DNA of 63,288 nucleotides, filler included, from Octopus bimaculoides (Eukaryota): the NCBI RefSeq assembly GCF_001194135.2. It is 4 parts of 4 records of this genome, joined end to end, with 100 filler letters (N's around TTAATTAATTAA, not from the genome) between each part and the next. Parts side by side here need not be neighbours in the genome. Positions count along the whole stretch, not along the records: positions 29,964 to 44,696 come from NC_069005.1; positions 44,797 to 52,425 come from NW_026422666.1; 2 more parts are not named here. The stretch is one strand, 5' to 3'. Each line of letters begins with the position of its first letter. Positions within the stretch are counted from its first letter, which is position 1. The position numbers and the translations under genes were made by a program. Below, piece after piece: positions 36,863 to 50,960 of this stretch. Under the pieces are notes generated by a model. The model saw only the letters and a list, made by a program, of their open reading frames with translations. It had not been told where the DNA came from and did no database searches.

Positions 36863-37139
36863 NNNNNNNNNNNNNNNNNNNNNNNNNNNNNNNNNNNNNN
36901 NNNNNNNNNNNNNNNNNNNNNNNNNNNNNNNNNNNNNNNNNNNNNNNNNNNNNNNNNNNNNNNNNNNNNNNNNNNNNNNNNNNNNNNNNNNNNNNNNNNN
37001 NNNNNNNNNNNNNNNNNNNNNNNNNNNNNNNNNNNNNNNNNNNNNNNNNNNNNNNNNNNNNNNNNNNNNNNNNNNNNNNNNNNNNNNNNNNNNNNNNNNN
37101 NNNNNNNNNNNNNNNNNNNNNNNNNNNNNNNNNNNNNNN

Positions 37140-37188
<49 letters not shown>

Positions 37189-37215
37189 CGCACACAAACA
37201 CACATACACACACAC
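33950..37215. repeat. Large degenerate (TA)n/(CA)n/(GT)n simple-repeat block with gaps
   Basis: Direct reading; generates the many YI/CV/HT ORFs. Confidence 0.9.
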
Positions 37216-37861
37216 ACACATATACATATATATATAAAATGGAACAAAGATGCAATGGAGGACAATAAAACATGCGGACAGATAGACGATACAAAGGCGG
37301 ACAGGAGAAACAACAGTTAGAAGGACAGGCAAAAAAGACGGGTCATTCGTGGCTTTCTTTCCTCAGTTAAGTTTCCAGAAGTCCTTACTGTTTCGGGCAG
37401 TTACACTTGTGACAGTTCGATCTGGTTTCCCCCAAAAAAGTCCAAGCTAAGAGCATTAGATTTTTTGTAAGAATGCTAGCGAATGTGTGTGACAACAAAG
37501 ACAAAAAACGGAGAACATGGTACACAATTACGAATACAAACAACAAGAATATAACAACAGATGTCTTTCGACTGAGGACGAATCGAATTGAGTTGGCGTG
37601 TATGAAGTGAAAGCCTAGAGGTAGGAGTGTGGGAGATGGACATAAGAAGTGTTGATGGTCAGCAGTCAGGCCAAGAAAGAAAGATCATGGCTAGCCGGAC
37701 ACTGGTCACGTGGAAGATGGAGAGAAGGGTAGGGGTAGGGAATTGAAGGATTAGAAAAAATCTAAGAGACAAAGGGAAAGGTACAGGGGAGATAAACGAG
37801 GCGGAAAAGTTGGAGTTAAAGAAAAAAAGGGCCAAGAAATGTGATAGAGAGAAGAACGAGA

Positions 37862-40330
37862 AAACTGCAAGTTGGTGTCTCCATTCCTGCAGGAGACAAG
37901 CGGGGAATCTATCAGGGCCTACAGCAGAATAGTATTTGATTTCATATATTGCTGGTACGATGTCTAAAGGAGAAAAGGTTATGTTCGAGATTATATGTTG
38001 GGAGTCGACTTCGTTCACAACCCTTACGTCAATATCAGTGGGACCATAAACGACAGGGCAGTATTTTTTTCTGCAGTACTTCAGCCATTTCTTTCGCATC
38101 ATGTTAGAGAACATTGTTCAGTGGGCCAACGAGTGAGACAGCGGTCCTATGCTTATTTGCATATGAATAGAAAACTTTTGGGTTCTGTTTGATTTTTTAA
38201 TTACCCACTGTTTCTCTGCAGTTCTTTGATTTTCAATGCAGGTTTTCATGTTGGTCTGCAGATTAAGTTTTTCCAATTCCAGCCTTTTCATTGTTGTTGA
38301 ATGCGGATGTTGTATGTGGGAGTATTTTAATTGGTTGATTTCTTTTATTAAGTCTTTTGATGCTCTTGATGGGTGTTTTTTTTCTCTAGGGAGCCTGTTT
38401 CTGTTTGTGCTAGTAGATTTCATTGGAGTGTGTTTTGAGCATGTATAGGTAACAATGTCCACTATGCGCTTCTATGTGGTTTCAATGTCAGTGAAACTGA
38501 GAGTGAAGGACCATTTGATAAAGGACAGATCCTTTCTGATTGCATTCCAGTCCGCTTTTGAACGTTTAAGTTGTCAAATAGGTGCAGTGTAGTGGGATTG
38601 GCTGGTTTGGTAATGTGGTGGTCCGAGAGGAGAGTCTTTTCAACTGAAATACTGTGAATGGAGCTAGAATTGTTGGTTGATATTAGATCCAAGATCGTTT
38701 TATTGTCTTGTTGGTTCGAGCACTAGCTGTGTCAGGAAAAATTCATCCATTGCATTAAAGAGTAATTCTGTTGCTGCTTTGTCTGGTGTAATGCAGTTGC
38801 CTAACTTCAGAGTATTTATATGCCAGTTTATATAAGGGAGGTTTAAATCACTCATCATCAAAATGTTTCCGGAGTTGTATTTTTGAAGGAAGGACTTGAT
38901 TTTGTTGAGGCATTCTTCAAAGCACTTTAGAGATTCTTTGGGAGGCCTGTAGAGACCAACAATGGTTATGCTATTGGCCTAGTTGTATAGTGATATGGAT
39001 TCACAGTAGCCATTGGAAAATATGTCCTTTGCATCAACTGCAAAGGAATCATGGAGAAAGGTGGCTGTTCCACCATTATTTCGGTCTGTGCGATCTGCAC
39101 GGATGATGGTAAAATCTTTTATTTTCACCTCGGCGTTTCGGCAAGCCAACTCTCTATGTGTGGGATCTTCCAATTTTGGGCAACGAGTGATGGCTTGATA
39201 CCACATACATTTAACAGGAATGTCGATGCAAGAGTAGTTTGATGTTCGTATTGTTCCAAGTGCTTAGTCTTCTGTATTATATTGTTCAGAGGTAGGAGTG
39301 AGGGAAGTTTTTGCATGGCGTTGTGTGGGTGTAATGTTCTAGTTGATGGTGGGTGAGTGTGTGTTCCTTGTGTTTTGCATAAACGGCTGCTGATAGCTCG
39401 TTGGATCTCCTGGCTTAGGTTGGCCTTCATATTTTCTAGATAAGTCAGTAAAAAAGAATTGCCTCTTTGGGCTGCCACTTGGTCATATGATACATTGTTT
39501 ATGTTTATGCTATTTGGTGTTATGCTTTTCCCATAGTTCTGTCTTCTTAGTTTGGTTTTAGGAGGTTAAGTGTGGTTGTATTTTGTTTTTGTTGTTTTAT
39601 CACTCCTCTGTTGCTGTTTATTTTTATTTTTCATTCTTTTTGTGCCCTTCAGATTGTGGTAGTTACATTCTAGGTTCAGGTACATTCTTAGCGACACAGA
39701 ATTTTGACACAGTTTAGGATGGAAGAAGGTGCATCTGTTACCTTTTATCATCCGTATTTAGGATCAAGGCCATGGACTCTGTATTTAGGATAGTATTTGG
39801 GGTGAAGAGGGCAGTTTCTTCTCCGTTGTACCATACGGACAGGTGCCCCTAACAAGTGTGCAGCATAAGGTAAGATGGAAAAAAGGGCAGCAACCCTTGT
39901 CGTTGGTACTGCTGGGGTCAAATCTACAGTTACCTTGGGAATAGTAACGACAGGATTTTTGACGTGGACATAGTAGAGGTTTTTCTATATTGGCAGACGC
40001 ATTGGTCAGTGGTTCTATTGTAGTAGCAGAAGCAGACTGTTGTTGTTGAACCGATTAGATAGTGCTACCAAATAAGATGGTCCCATTATAGTAGCAATAG
40101 CAGGCTGTTGATACGGTAGTGAGTCCTGACTTGCCACGATAGTGTTGGGCGGAATTAGGTCAGATAGCGATATCAGAGGGTATGTTGTTTGCTGCTGGCT
40201 AACGGGTCGATGAGGTAACCCCTGATCTGTTGACATTGGGTCAGTCGGTGCACAACATCCAGTGTGTAAGATATGAAACGATCTTCTGATTTCTTTTATT
40301 TTCATTTTCGATCTGTTTCGCAGATCTGTA
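37862..40330 (-). mobile_element. CR1-clade LINE: ORF1 Cys/His region, AP-endonuclease and linker, truncated before the RT core
   Basis: RCTFFHPKLCQNSVSLRMYLNLECNYH (ORF1). IIRADRTDRNNGGTATFLH, VGLYRPP, SDLNLPYINW and LDLISTNN…LSDHH (APE). ITFSPLDI..AI.EIK..SAVGPDRFPA.LL (pre-RT). Confidence 0.88.
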
Positions 40331-40935
40331 AAAGAAATGTGACGCTAATTTTTCGGCGATTTTACCGTAGACATTAGCTTTTACATTATCGTTATGATGA
40401 GCGTACCAAGCGTTTATCAGTGCACTGATTTCGTTTTCTATTCAGTGGCGTTTTAGAATATTATCGGTCATAATCAGTGGATAGAACAATATTATACACT
40501 GTACATTAGTTCTTGCTGATTTAATGTATAATCGGTAATGTACTGTAGGAAAGTTTATGTCGATTTATTTGGAAATGCGTGGCTCTATCCGTGTGTGTGT
40601 GAGAGAGTTCAGTGTATTTAATATAAATCAGAAAGCGTGATGTGTTTAATATAAATCAAGAGAATTAATTGTACTCACGAGTCTAGTTTTAGAACTAATC
40701 TTGAGATTATTCGAGTGTTTTACGGGCAGTGCTGGTCTATATTTGTTTCTCCAGGTGGTATATAAACTTGTATAAATTTATCCTCCGATGATAAGATAGC
40801 AGAATTCGAGGGTCCTTGGACTAAAACCTAGGAACGTTACTGGTGGTTTGAGTTGAAATCTGTTTCTTTGGTTACTGACTGGCCAAAGTTATGAAAAGTA
40901 CGTCTTGTCACGACGAAGACACCAATCCAAATATG

Positions 40936-40990
<55 letters not shown>

Positions 40991-41089
40991 ACATATATAT
41001 ATATATATGTATGTATGTATGTATATGTATATGTATGTGAATATATATAAAGTAAACAAATATGGTATGCGTTGCCCTACATAGATGTA

Positions 41090-41700
41090 TCAAGAGTTGA
41101 ACAGAAAAAAACACAACAAAGAGAAAAAGTTAGACAAAATCAGAGCAAACGAGGAACTAAGCAAAAACTTAACAGATGGGAATTTTAGGCAAAGGAACGA
41201 TACACGGAATATGCACAGTTGAGACCACTCTACCTCCACCACGTCCACTAGGACTTAGCCCATGCCATCTTTGTGTAACTCCACTAAGTTCGTTCGTAGC
41301 TAAAAAGATCTTTCTGTTGTATTTGTGGCATATGTATAATTTTCTTTTTCTTCAGTTGTATATAGCCATAAGGCTTCGTGCTGTTATATATGCATTATTC
41401 TTTGTCTGTTGTATTTCTTTAATATCTTGTTTGTTTCTATCTTGGTATACATTCACTAGCTTTTTCCCAGTAGCTTAATATCAGCACTGGCGCCTTTCAA
41501 ATTTGAGTGGTCTGAATGCTAATGGCACCAAACCACTCTGATATTTTGGGTCATTAACTGACGAGGAAAATTTAGCTGCGAATATTCCTTGCATCGTGTT
41601 GTTGCCTAAATTTCCCGCCCGTTAAGTTTCCGTCTAGTTTCCCGTTTGCTCTACTTTCGTCTAACTTTTTCGCCTTGTTGTGTTCTTTGTGTTCAACCTT

Positions 41701-41703
<3 letters not shown>
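41090..41703. mobile_element. Fold-back / MITE-like element with about 125-bp imperfect TIRs, flanked by TA
   Basis: 41090-41212 is the reverse complement of 41580-41703 (TCAAGAGTTGAACAG.. vs TCAAAGGTTGAACAC..; both share GAAAAAGTTAGAC and AGAGCAAACG). TA occurs on both outer sides. Confidence 0.7.
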
Positions 41704-41739
<36 letters not shown>

Positions 41740-43730
41740 AACACACACACATGTATATAGAGAGAGATATGAATATATATACATACACACACGCGCCTTC
41801 ACACACACATGTATATAGAGAGAGATATGAATATATATATACATACACACAGGTGTGTATATATATATTATATATATTAATGCATGTATATTTATATGTG
41901 CATGTGTATGTATATATATATATATATATGGGTGTGTGTGTGTGTTCACATATATACGCTTATCTATACACATATATATAGACATGCATATGTATGTGTG
42001 TCGATGCGAGAGTCTCCGCCTATGACTAGGTGTGCACCTGAAAGTATAAGCAAAAGTATGGTACAGGGTGATATTCCTTTAGTGGTGGTCATGGTTTAAC
42101 TTGTACACACATACACACACACACTTACACAAACACTCACACATACAAATACACACATACGCTCATACACACATATACACACGCACACATATTTATACGT
42201 ATATTGTAAGCGTCACACATACTCGTTTTTTTTCCGTAAACTTATTTTAAACACTTATTAATCCGTGTTGTTAATTCCATTCCCAGGGCTATTATCCTAA
42301 TCCTAAGTATATTATTAGTCATTTTGATAGACTTAAAAAGGAAATACGATCAGCAACGTCATTCGTCCCAGGAGTGAGGAGTCAGTCGCCATCTTCGAAA
42401 TACACACAAACTTCAATTAAACGGAACACAACAGCAAATAGCAAACAGTCTTCACTCAAATTGCGCATCCAAAATCTTAAAGAGCAAAGAATTCATTGAA
42501 TTATTTATCTTAAGGTCCATATTGTCCGATAGTGGGACCCTGGTCCGGGAGTTCTAACGTTTTGATGAGTATGGACCCAGTTCTTGGTTACTATTGTTAT
42601 CAGGTTTAGTCTGACCCGGAAGAGTAGTGTCTGTCAGAGCCCAACCATGGGCTAATTATCGTGTCTCAGAATAGCCTCCGGAAGAAGGTTGCTCACAGAC
42701 ACCCTCAACGGACCCAGAGCATATGAGATCCTTCAGTTCATTAGTTCTTCATCTAACTACTCTGTACAAATCATTCATCCTGATAATAATTAGTAGGTTC
42801 ATAGTACATGCTGTACCAGACCAATAAAACTTTGAAGGACGAAAGAGTAGAACTGGTTCCACACAGACCATACACATTATAATAGTAAATCTCTACTGTT
42901 TTTTGGGATAATTTATCGAACATTTAAAAAAGGCTAAGTGGGTAAACTCCTACAGAAAATATGGAGAGAGAGACCTTAAGGTAGACATGTAAAGCTATAC
43001 TTAACTGATAACTAGCATTCCCTGCAGCTCCATGGATGCTGCGACTATAGTAACTTGTCTTTCTTTCGTGGCGTATTCATGAGTGCTGTGGTGGTGATTA
43101 TGTATAAGCGAAAGGAATTTGCTTCTAGAAACAGCCCCGGCAGAGCAGAGGTGGTTAAGTTACCTTCTCTCAGCAATAGCGCCGACAAACGAGGCAAACG
43201 TGCAACAACATTGTCTGAAAAAATATGAAAAATAATGAGAAAAAGAAAAGACAAATAGAGAAAGGTTTCTGTTGAAATAATTTGGATTATAGATTAGCTC
43301 GATCTGAGCTGACCTGGAAGCAAACCAAACGACCTCAATAACAACAGGAACAACAAAAACAGCCGCATCATCAAAAGTCATTGGACGACTCCAGCGACTT
43401 TTCCACGGTCGAATGGGTCTTTTGAAATACGTCTTCTAATGACAAGACAATCCACAAACATATACAAGGGATAAAGGTCTATCTTCACTCGTTCATTAAC
43501 TCGTTCGGAAAATAAATTTACACATAAACTGAACCTCCGATGGTCTCAGTCGACTGAATAGAATGTTTATACAAGTCGGAATTCAAGAGAATTAGAGATT
43601 AAGAGAATTAGAGAAACCGTTTGGGACATTCTTTACTTGAAATACACTTGACAGAAAATTCGCTTCCAGATCAAAATGAAACAAAGATGGTATTGTTGAA
43701 GAACGCATGCATGTGTATATGCATTAAGTG

Positions 43731-43844
<114 letters not shown>

Positions 43845-43924
43845 TATGTATGTATTATGTATGTATGTATATATATATGAATAGAAAACATATGAACATA
43901 TGAGAAGTGAGGTGAAAAATGTCT

Positions 43925-44305
43925 ATTGTGGTTGTGGCAAAACGTTTACTTCCCAACTACATGGTTCCGGGTTCAGTCCATCTGCGTGGCACCTTGGGAA
44001 AGTATCACCTACTACAGCCCGCGCTGACCAACGTTTGTGAGTGGATTTGGTACATGAAAACTAAAAGAAGCTCGTCGTATATATATATAACATGCATTTG
44101 TGTGTGTGTGAGAGTGTGTGTGTGTGTCCCGAAAACGCTTGTCAACCGGTCATGGTGTGTTTAGGTTCCAGTAACATTATCGGTTCGGTTTAAAGAATAC
44201 GATAGAATAAGTCCCAGGTTAAAAATTAGGTACTGGGGTTGATTTGTTCGACTAAACACTTCGAAAATACCTGCGGCCCAGGTATTGAAACAAGAAAAAG
44301 ATGAA
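43925..44305 (+). mobile_element. SINE family A, diverged
   Basis: CATGGTTCCGGGTTCAGTCC…GGCACCTTGGG…TGTGAGTGGATTTGGTA…GATAGAATAAGT…GTACTGGGGTTGATTTGTTCGACTAA. Confidence 0.85.
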
Positions 44306-44359
44306 AGATACATACATACATACATACATACATTCATACATACATACATATCCATGTAG

Positions 44360-44640
44360 GTGGGTGTTTTTGCGTTTGTGTTTAACCCCAATTACTCCGT
44401 GACAACCGGTCTTGATTTGTTTACGTCATTGTAATTTAGCAGTTCGGCAACAGAAGAGCGATATAATACGTATCAGTCTTTAAAAACTGATATTAATTAC
44501 TGGAATCGGTTCGGCAAAAGAGACCGATGGAATAAGTACTGGGCTTACAAAGAATGTCCTAGGGTCGATTTGTTCGCCTAAAGGCGGTGCTCCAGCATGG
44601 CCATAGTCAAATGACTGAAGCAATTAAAATAAAAGAATAT
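44360..44640 (+). mobile_element. SINE family A 3' fragments (composite)
   Basis: GACAACCGG…TTAGCAGTTCGGCAA occurs, then a second TTCGGCAAAAGAGACCGAT…GGCGGTGCTCCAGCATGGCC tail. Confidence 0.8.
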
Positions 44641-44665
44641 GTATAATGTGTGTGTGTATAAATAC

Positions 44666-44696
<31 letters not shown>

Positions 44697-46495
44697 NNNN
44701 NNNNNNNNNNNNNNNNNNNNNNNNNNNNNNNNNNNNNNNNTTAATTAATTAANNNNNNNNNNNNNNNNNNNNNNNNNNNNNNNNNNNNNNNNNNNNTATA
44801 TATATATATATATATATATGCATACTAGATAGATAGATAAATATACATACACACACACACACGCACTATCGTATATACATATACAGCCACTCACACGAAC
44901 ACATAATGCAACAATATCCATAACATTAACATTTAATGATACCAGAACACATACACAGATGCACATACCTACACAGACACATATAGGGATGCACACCACA
45001 CACGCAGACATCAAACATGCAATATCGGCAACATTAACGGCCAATGATGCTAGAATACACACACACACACACACAGACACACACACACACACAGATACAT
45101 ATAGACACAGCTCAAAATATGTATAATCTATGCACACGCATATTTGCGATCTTTCTTACACGTTGTAGAAACGAGGCGATGAATAAAGAATTATGGGAAA
45201 TGATGTAGGAAGGAAAGACGGGGGGGGGAGGGGGAGAGAAGGGAGAAAGTGAGGAAGAGAGGGTAGAAGATTCAAGTGTTAATGGCGATGATGGTGGTGG
45301 TGGTGGTGGGTAGGAGAGAGCAGGGTGAAACAACATCTAATAAATGAGATTTATTTAATGATCCTTGTCGCCATCTTTGTGGTATTGATGTCCCGGAGGC
45401 CATTTTATTGGACCAATAATATAATGATGATAATAACGATGACGACGGTGACGACGGTGATGACGATGGCGATGATGTCAACGATGACGACGACGGCGGC
45501 GATAACGATGGTGATGACGGGGGTAATGATGATTAGGAAGATAATAACAATGATGACGATTATGTCAATATTATCATTGTTATGATTTTCATTATCATCA
45601 TCATCATATTATCATTATCATTATTATTATTGTTGTTGTTGTTGTTGTTATTCTATTTGTTGCTTACATAGCAACAAAGCCTCTAATTTAATTGACCTCT
45701 CCGCGATTTGTGAAGACTAGCAACAATGGATACAGATTCACAACAGACTCCTCTATGATGTATTGTTTATTTGACGGCAATGGAAAGCAAGGGTGTGAAG
45801 CAAGGGTGTGTTTCTAACTCTACGCAGAACAAATATCACATGTGTGCAAGAGTAGTAAAATGTCTTAAAATATATTTTTGGCATTTGCAATTATGATTTC
45901 ATATTGAATTCAGTGCGTTGGGTAAAGTGCAGAAAAGTGATTATTATTCTAAAAGCCGAATTAATTATGGTGAACAACCAGGCTTGAGGCGAAACAGAGT
46001 TCACTGTCAACTTTTGATATTTATTTATCAACATAAATGTGTGTCTGTGTGTATGTACATATATGCATGTATACACACACACACACATACATATCAAATG
46101 AGATCAAAAACGAACTGCTACGCATAATCATGTAAGGTAGTACCACCTGTTTCATGGTCGAGCTGTGTCGACAAATGGGCTAGAAACACCAGGGTGTCAT
46201 CCGGGTGGATGGGTGGCTGGACTCGCTGATAGAATATGACATAATTTTGTCTACAAGGGTGGAATAAGTAAACTTGCGGTTACCCCCCCCCCTACCATCA
46301 AACCTACAAAGGGAGCAGAAACTCTCTAAGGATATTGAGCGTAGAATTTCCGACATTTGGTGACTCCTACACCCGGTTCTGTACTGGTCTTCTCTTTTCT
46401 CTTCCCCAATGTGCCACGAGCAAAGATGAGCGCCTTCGTAAGTGAAAGGTGTCCTCGCATTTATGAAGACACTCTTATGTGTATGTATAGCATAA

Positions 46496-46546
<51 letters not shown>

Positions 46547-46569
46547 CACACACAAACACACATGTATAT

Positions 46570-46672
46570 ATGACATGCTTCTTTCATTTCCTGCCTACCA
46601 AATCAGAAGGCTTTAATCACAATCATTTGATTGCTAAGCAAACTCCTTACCATACAGCCACCCCTGCGCCTA
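46570..46672 (-). mobile_element. SINE family A, internally deleted
   Basis: CTTCTTTCATTTCC..CTACCAAATC joined to CTTACCATACAGCCACCCCTGCGCCTAT. Confidence 0.7.
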
Positions 46673-47304
46673 TAAAAACCTGGAGCAGCAAAGTTTTATG
46701 AAGTAATCTTTGAAACCTTGTGGCTTTTCTAAAAATTACTTATTTTCGAACATACCCCCTCCAATCATGAGTCTTATTTTTACTCTTTTTACCCCGCTGA
46801 ATGTCTTCTCTATTCAGGTAACTTTTACAGTTATTTATTTTTGTTTTTGCGTTAAAGTAAACCTGCTTCAATGGCGACTCTTTTGTTCTACAGTGGCTCT
46901 TTTCACCGTTGTGATATATTTAACCTTTTATAATGATTTAAACTAACTGGTCTGATAAACAAAGGTTCACAGCCAAAGTGCTATCGCCATCAACAAGGGG
47001 AAGTTTTTACGACAACAAACAGGGGGTCGTAACCCCAGTTTTAGAACCTCTTCAGAAAAGTCTCTGTCACATGAATGGAAATCTTTATACACGTGTTTAC
47101 ATGGCATTTTAAAGATATTTAGTGTATATATTTATTTTATTGGTTGTTTATTGTGTACAATTTTGCACAATTTTACGTAAGACCTCACTTCAAATATTAC
47201 ATTATATACAAAAATTGTTTGCAGAAGATGTTAATATTTATATACACCTATATTCATATGTCAATGCATGTACGTAAGGCTAAACTTTTGGGTATGATGT
47301 ATAC

Positions 47305-47354
<50 letters not shown>

Positions 47355-49933
47355 GCTATCTCTATCTTTTTATGTATAAACACACGCACATATATATATA
47401 TATATCTGTCTATCTACCAAATTATATTTTAGTATATGTTCTTTTTATATTTTTTATACTCTTCTCTATTTTCATATTTATTTCCTTTTTTATATATTTC
47501 CATGTTCCCTTTTCATTGTTATCTACCCTATCCTTATTTGTAACTCATTTCAATTTTTTTTTCTTGAAAACAAACAGGTTAATCTAAAAAATGCTACAAT
47601 CCGGCCAACACCACCGCTTCTACTTCTGTTTTCCTATAAACACCATTGTAAACCTGTTCATACTGCAAATAGTTTGTAAGTTTGAAATATTATTTATTTA
47701 AAAGTATAATTAACGGTTTGATTATTTTAAAGAAAATCAATAGAAAGATTCCTGAAAAATTTTAGAAAAAGTTTTAGAAAAACTTTCGGAAATAATCTTA
47801 AAAACTTTTGTAAAGAATTTTTATTGAATTTTAAAAAATTTTTTTTTTAAAGATTTTAAAGGTTGTGTGTATGGAATTTTTAGGATTTAAAAAAAGATTT
47901 TTTGAGAAAGATTTTTGAAGACATATTTGAAAAACTTCATCCCGCCTACCAAAATAGTTCTTACCCATCGCCAGTAGAACTTGAGAATTGCCTCCTTGTA
48001 ACAATCTTTCCATAGCATTTTAAAATTAGTTTTGAAATAATTTCGATACAATTTTTTAAAAATTATCTTTCAATAAAGAAATTTCTCAGTGTAACAACTT
48101 TAAAAATGTCCAATACATTCCTGTTTTCATAGAATCCAGCCAAAACACATTCATATCCATAGGAAACGTTTTTTTTTTGTTGTTTCCTATTTCTTGTTTC
48201 TTTCTTTCTTATTCTTCCGTAATAAAGGCTTTTCCCCCAAACGCTAATTAACTTCCTTTCCTATTCCTTTTTTCACTGCACCATCACTAAGCACAAATTT
48301 CATGTTAAATGTTTTATTGCATTTACATTTTGTGTATCACATTCTGAATGTTTGTTCACCTGTCGTAACCTCACACATTGTCCAGCATTCCGTCTGTTAT
48401 TCTTCTTTTTCCATTTGTGCTATTTTATCTTTTATGAATTTGGATATATTATGATCCTCATTATGGATGATAAAATATCTTGAAAAAAGACCATAACTTA
48501 TTTCATTGAAAGCTAAAATAAATTTCTAAAATAATATAAAATTCCTACAGTGAATTCATAAACTCTTTCAGTATTAAAAAACAAAAAAGAATGCCACCAT
48601 ATCTAAAATACATTCCAAAATAATTACAAAGCTGACCCACATTGCAATGAATTAAAAATATTACTAAACAACATATTTTATAATCACTAATAAAGGAAAA
48701 ATTTTCGCCATTCTCCACAAAATTGCATTTCACACTGGTACACAAGCATCCCACCTGCATATATATGTTATATATATATGAGTGCCTGATAAAAACAAGT
48801 GTATATAACGAACATAGATGTCTGAAAATCTTTAGAAAAAATGAAAGAAGTGCGCCCCCACTGCAGTCATCATTTTTATTCAAATAATGAACTCGTCCGC
48901 TAAATTTCGAAGATTGCAAATACATCGTGGTCTGCCGTTATCAACAAGCAATAAAAACTAAACTTGCGCGAAAATATCTATGTGTATGTGTGTGTGTGTG
49001 TGTGTGTGTGTATTTACATACATATATAACATATGTGTTTCACTATACACATAACATTTGTTCCACCTCACTTTAAATGTTTTATTGTTTAAATTAATCT
49101 CGTTTCCCTTGAAAATCAAGGACTTGTATGAAACCAGTGATGCAGTACATATATATATGTATATATATATATATATAATATTTCCAAGTTTTATATATAT
49201 AATATNNNNNNNNNNNNNNNNNNNNNNNNNNNNNNNNNNNNNNNNNNNNNNNNNNNNNNNNNNNNNNNNNNNNNNNNNNNNNNNNNNNNNNNNNNNNNNN
49301 NNNNNNNNNNNNNNNNNNNNNNNNNNNNNNNNNNNNNNNNNNNNNNNNNNNNNNNNNNNNNNNNNNNNNNNNNNNNNNNNNNNNNNNNNNNNNNNNNNNN
49401 NNNNNNNNNNNNNNNNNNNNNNNNNNNNNNNNNNNNNNNNNNNNNNNNNNNNNNNNNNNNNNNNNNNNNNNNNNNNNNNNNNNNNNNNNNNNNNNNNNNN
49501 NNNNNNNNNNNNNNNNNNNNNNNNNNNNNNNNNNNNNNNNNNNNNNNNNNNNNNNNNNNNNNNNNNNNNNNNNNNNNNNNNNNNNNNNNNNNNNNNNNNN
49601 NNNNNNNNNNNNNNNNNNNNNNNNNNNNNNNNNNNNNNNNNNNNNNNNNNNNNNNNNNNNNNNNNNNNNNNNNNNNNNNNNNNNNNNNNNNNNNNNNNNN
49701 NNNNNNNNNNNNNNNNNNNNNNNNNNNNNNNNNNNNNNNNNNNNNNNNNNNNNNNNNNNNNNNNNNNNNNNNNNNNNNNNNNNNNNNNNNNNNNNNNNNN
49801 NNNNNNNNNNNNNNNNNNNNNNNNNNNNNNNNNNNNNNNNNNNTGTGGTAATTGAATATGAAATCTGTTATTCCTCTCTCTATCCGATATACACCCCGCC
49901 ATCTACATACTCTATTTATATACATCCACCGAT

Positions 49934-49978
<45 letters not shown>

Positions 49979-50714
49979 ACACATATTTTCCAATCTCTTT
50001 ATATATAAACACACACGTACACACAACCAGTCAAAGATTCACATACACTCTTATATACACACACATACATACGTACATACATTCATACATCCATACAAGC
50101 ACACATAATTTAAACGAAAATGAGCTAAGAAAAATAACTCGAAGTGACCAGTGCTATGTATTTGAAAGACAGACAAATCCATACTTGGTAAATAAGTTAC
50201 AACAAACATTCTCGATTTATTAAAATTATTTCCACCTCCAGAGGATGTACCTTAATTACCAAATAGTGATTATGACCGGCACCACTTGAGAAACAGATAA
50301 TCTTGAGATAATCCTTGAATCTTAATTCAAGAATTTCTTCAAAACTGACATGCGATTAAGGAAAGGCGGAGGTTCGTTGTCTGGAAATAAGAGGACAATC
50401 GTGGACACGTGTTTGTCGCTCAATAATCTTTATGGGAAAGGCAATTGTCTTAGATTACGCCCTGTAGCCAAACGACATACACTGACACGAAAAGGAAACA
50501 GTTGTGGCCAAAATAATTTGCACAACCCTAATAGAAACAAGTTGAAGGAAATAACTTGACGAAGCCAGTAGCAGCTTCACCACACAATAAGCCTGTTCCT
50601 TCCTTTCCTTAATGGCATGACAAGTTTGGAGAATTCTTCATTCTTGAGATTATCTCCTCGTCTCAAGTGAAGCTGGACATAATTGCCATTTGTTGAAGTA
50701 AGATAGATCCCTTG

Positions 50715-50960
50715 CACAAGTCTCCCTGTCGTCTGTCAACTTTGTGCCATGCGCGGCCCACTACAACACTTACGTTTTCAGTATATCCCAATCACATAGG
50801 CAACTCGACATTATTTTCTAATTAGCTCATTTTGAATGTTCTCACAATAATATTCCTTGCATGGATCTCTCCATGGTCCTCTGTGTCTCAGTCAGTTACC
50901 GTACTTCCTACATGGCTCAATTGCATATAAGAGCATGTCTTTGGATGAAATGAAGAATCT
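50715..50960 (-). mobile_element. RTE-clade LINE fragment
   Basis: Reads TETQRTMERSMQGILL*EHIQNELIRK…KRK..WAAHGTKLTDDR, matching TQRAMER.MLGI.L.EHI.NE.IR…WAGHVAR..DDRW. Confidence 0.75.

Noticed and set aside
41558-41590. CTGACGA followed by a hairpin
   Set aside because: No GAAA follows stem II in either arm of the element.
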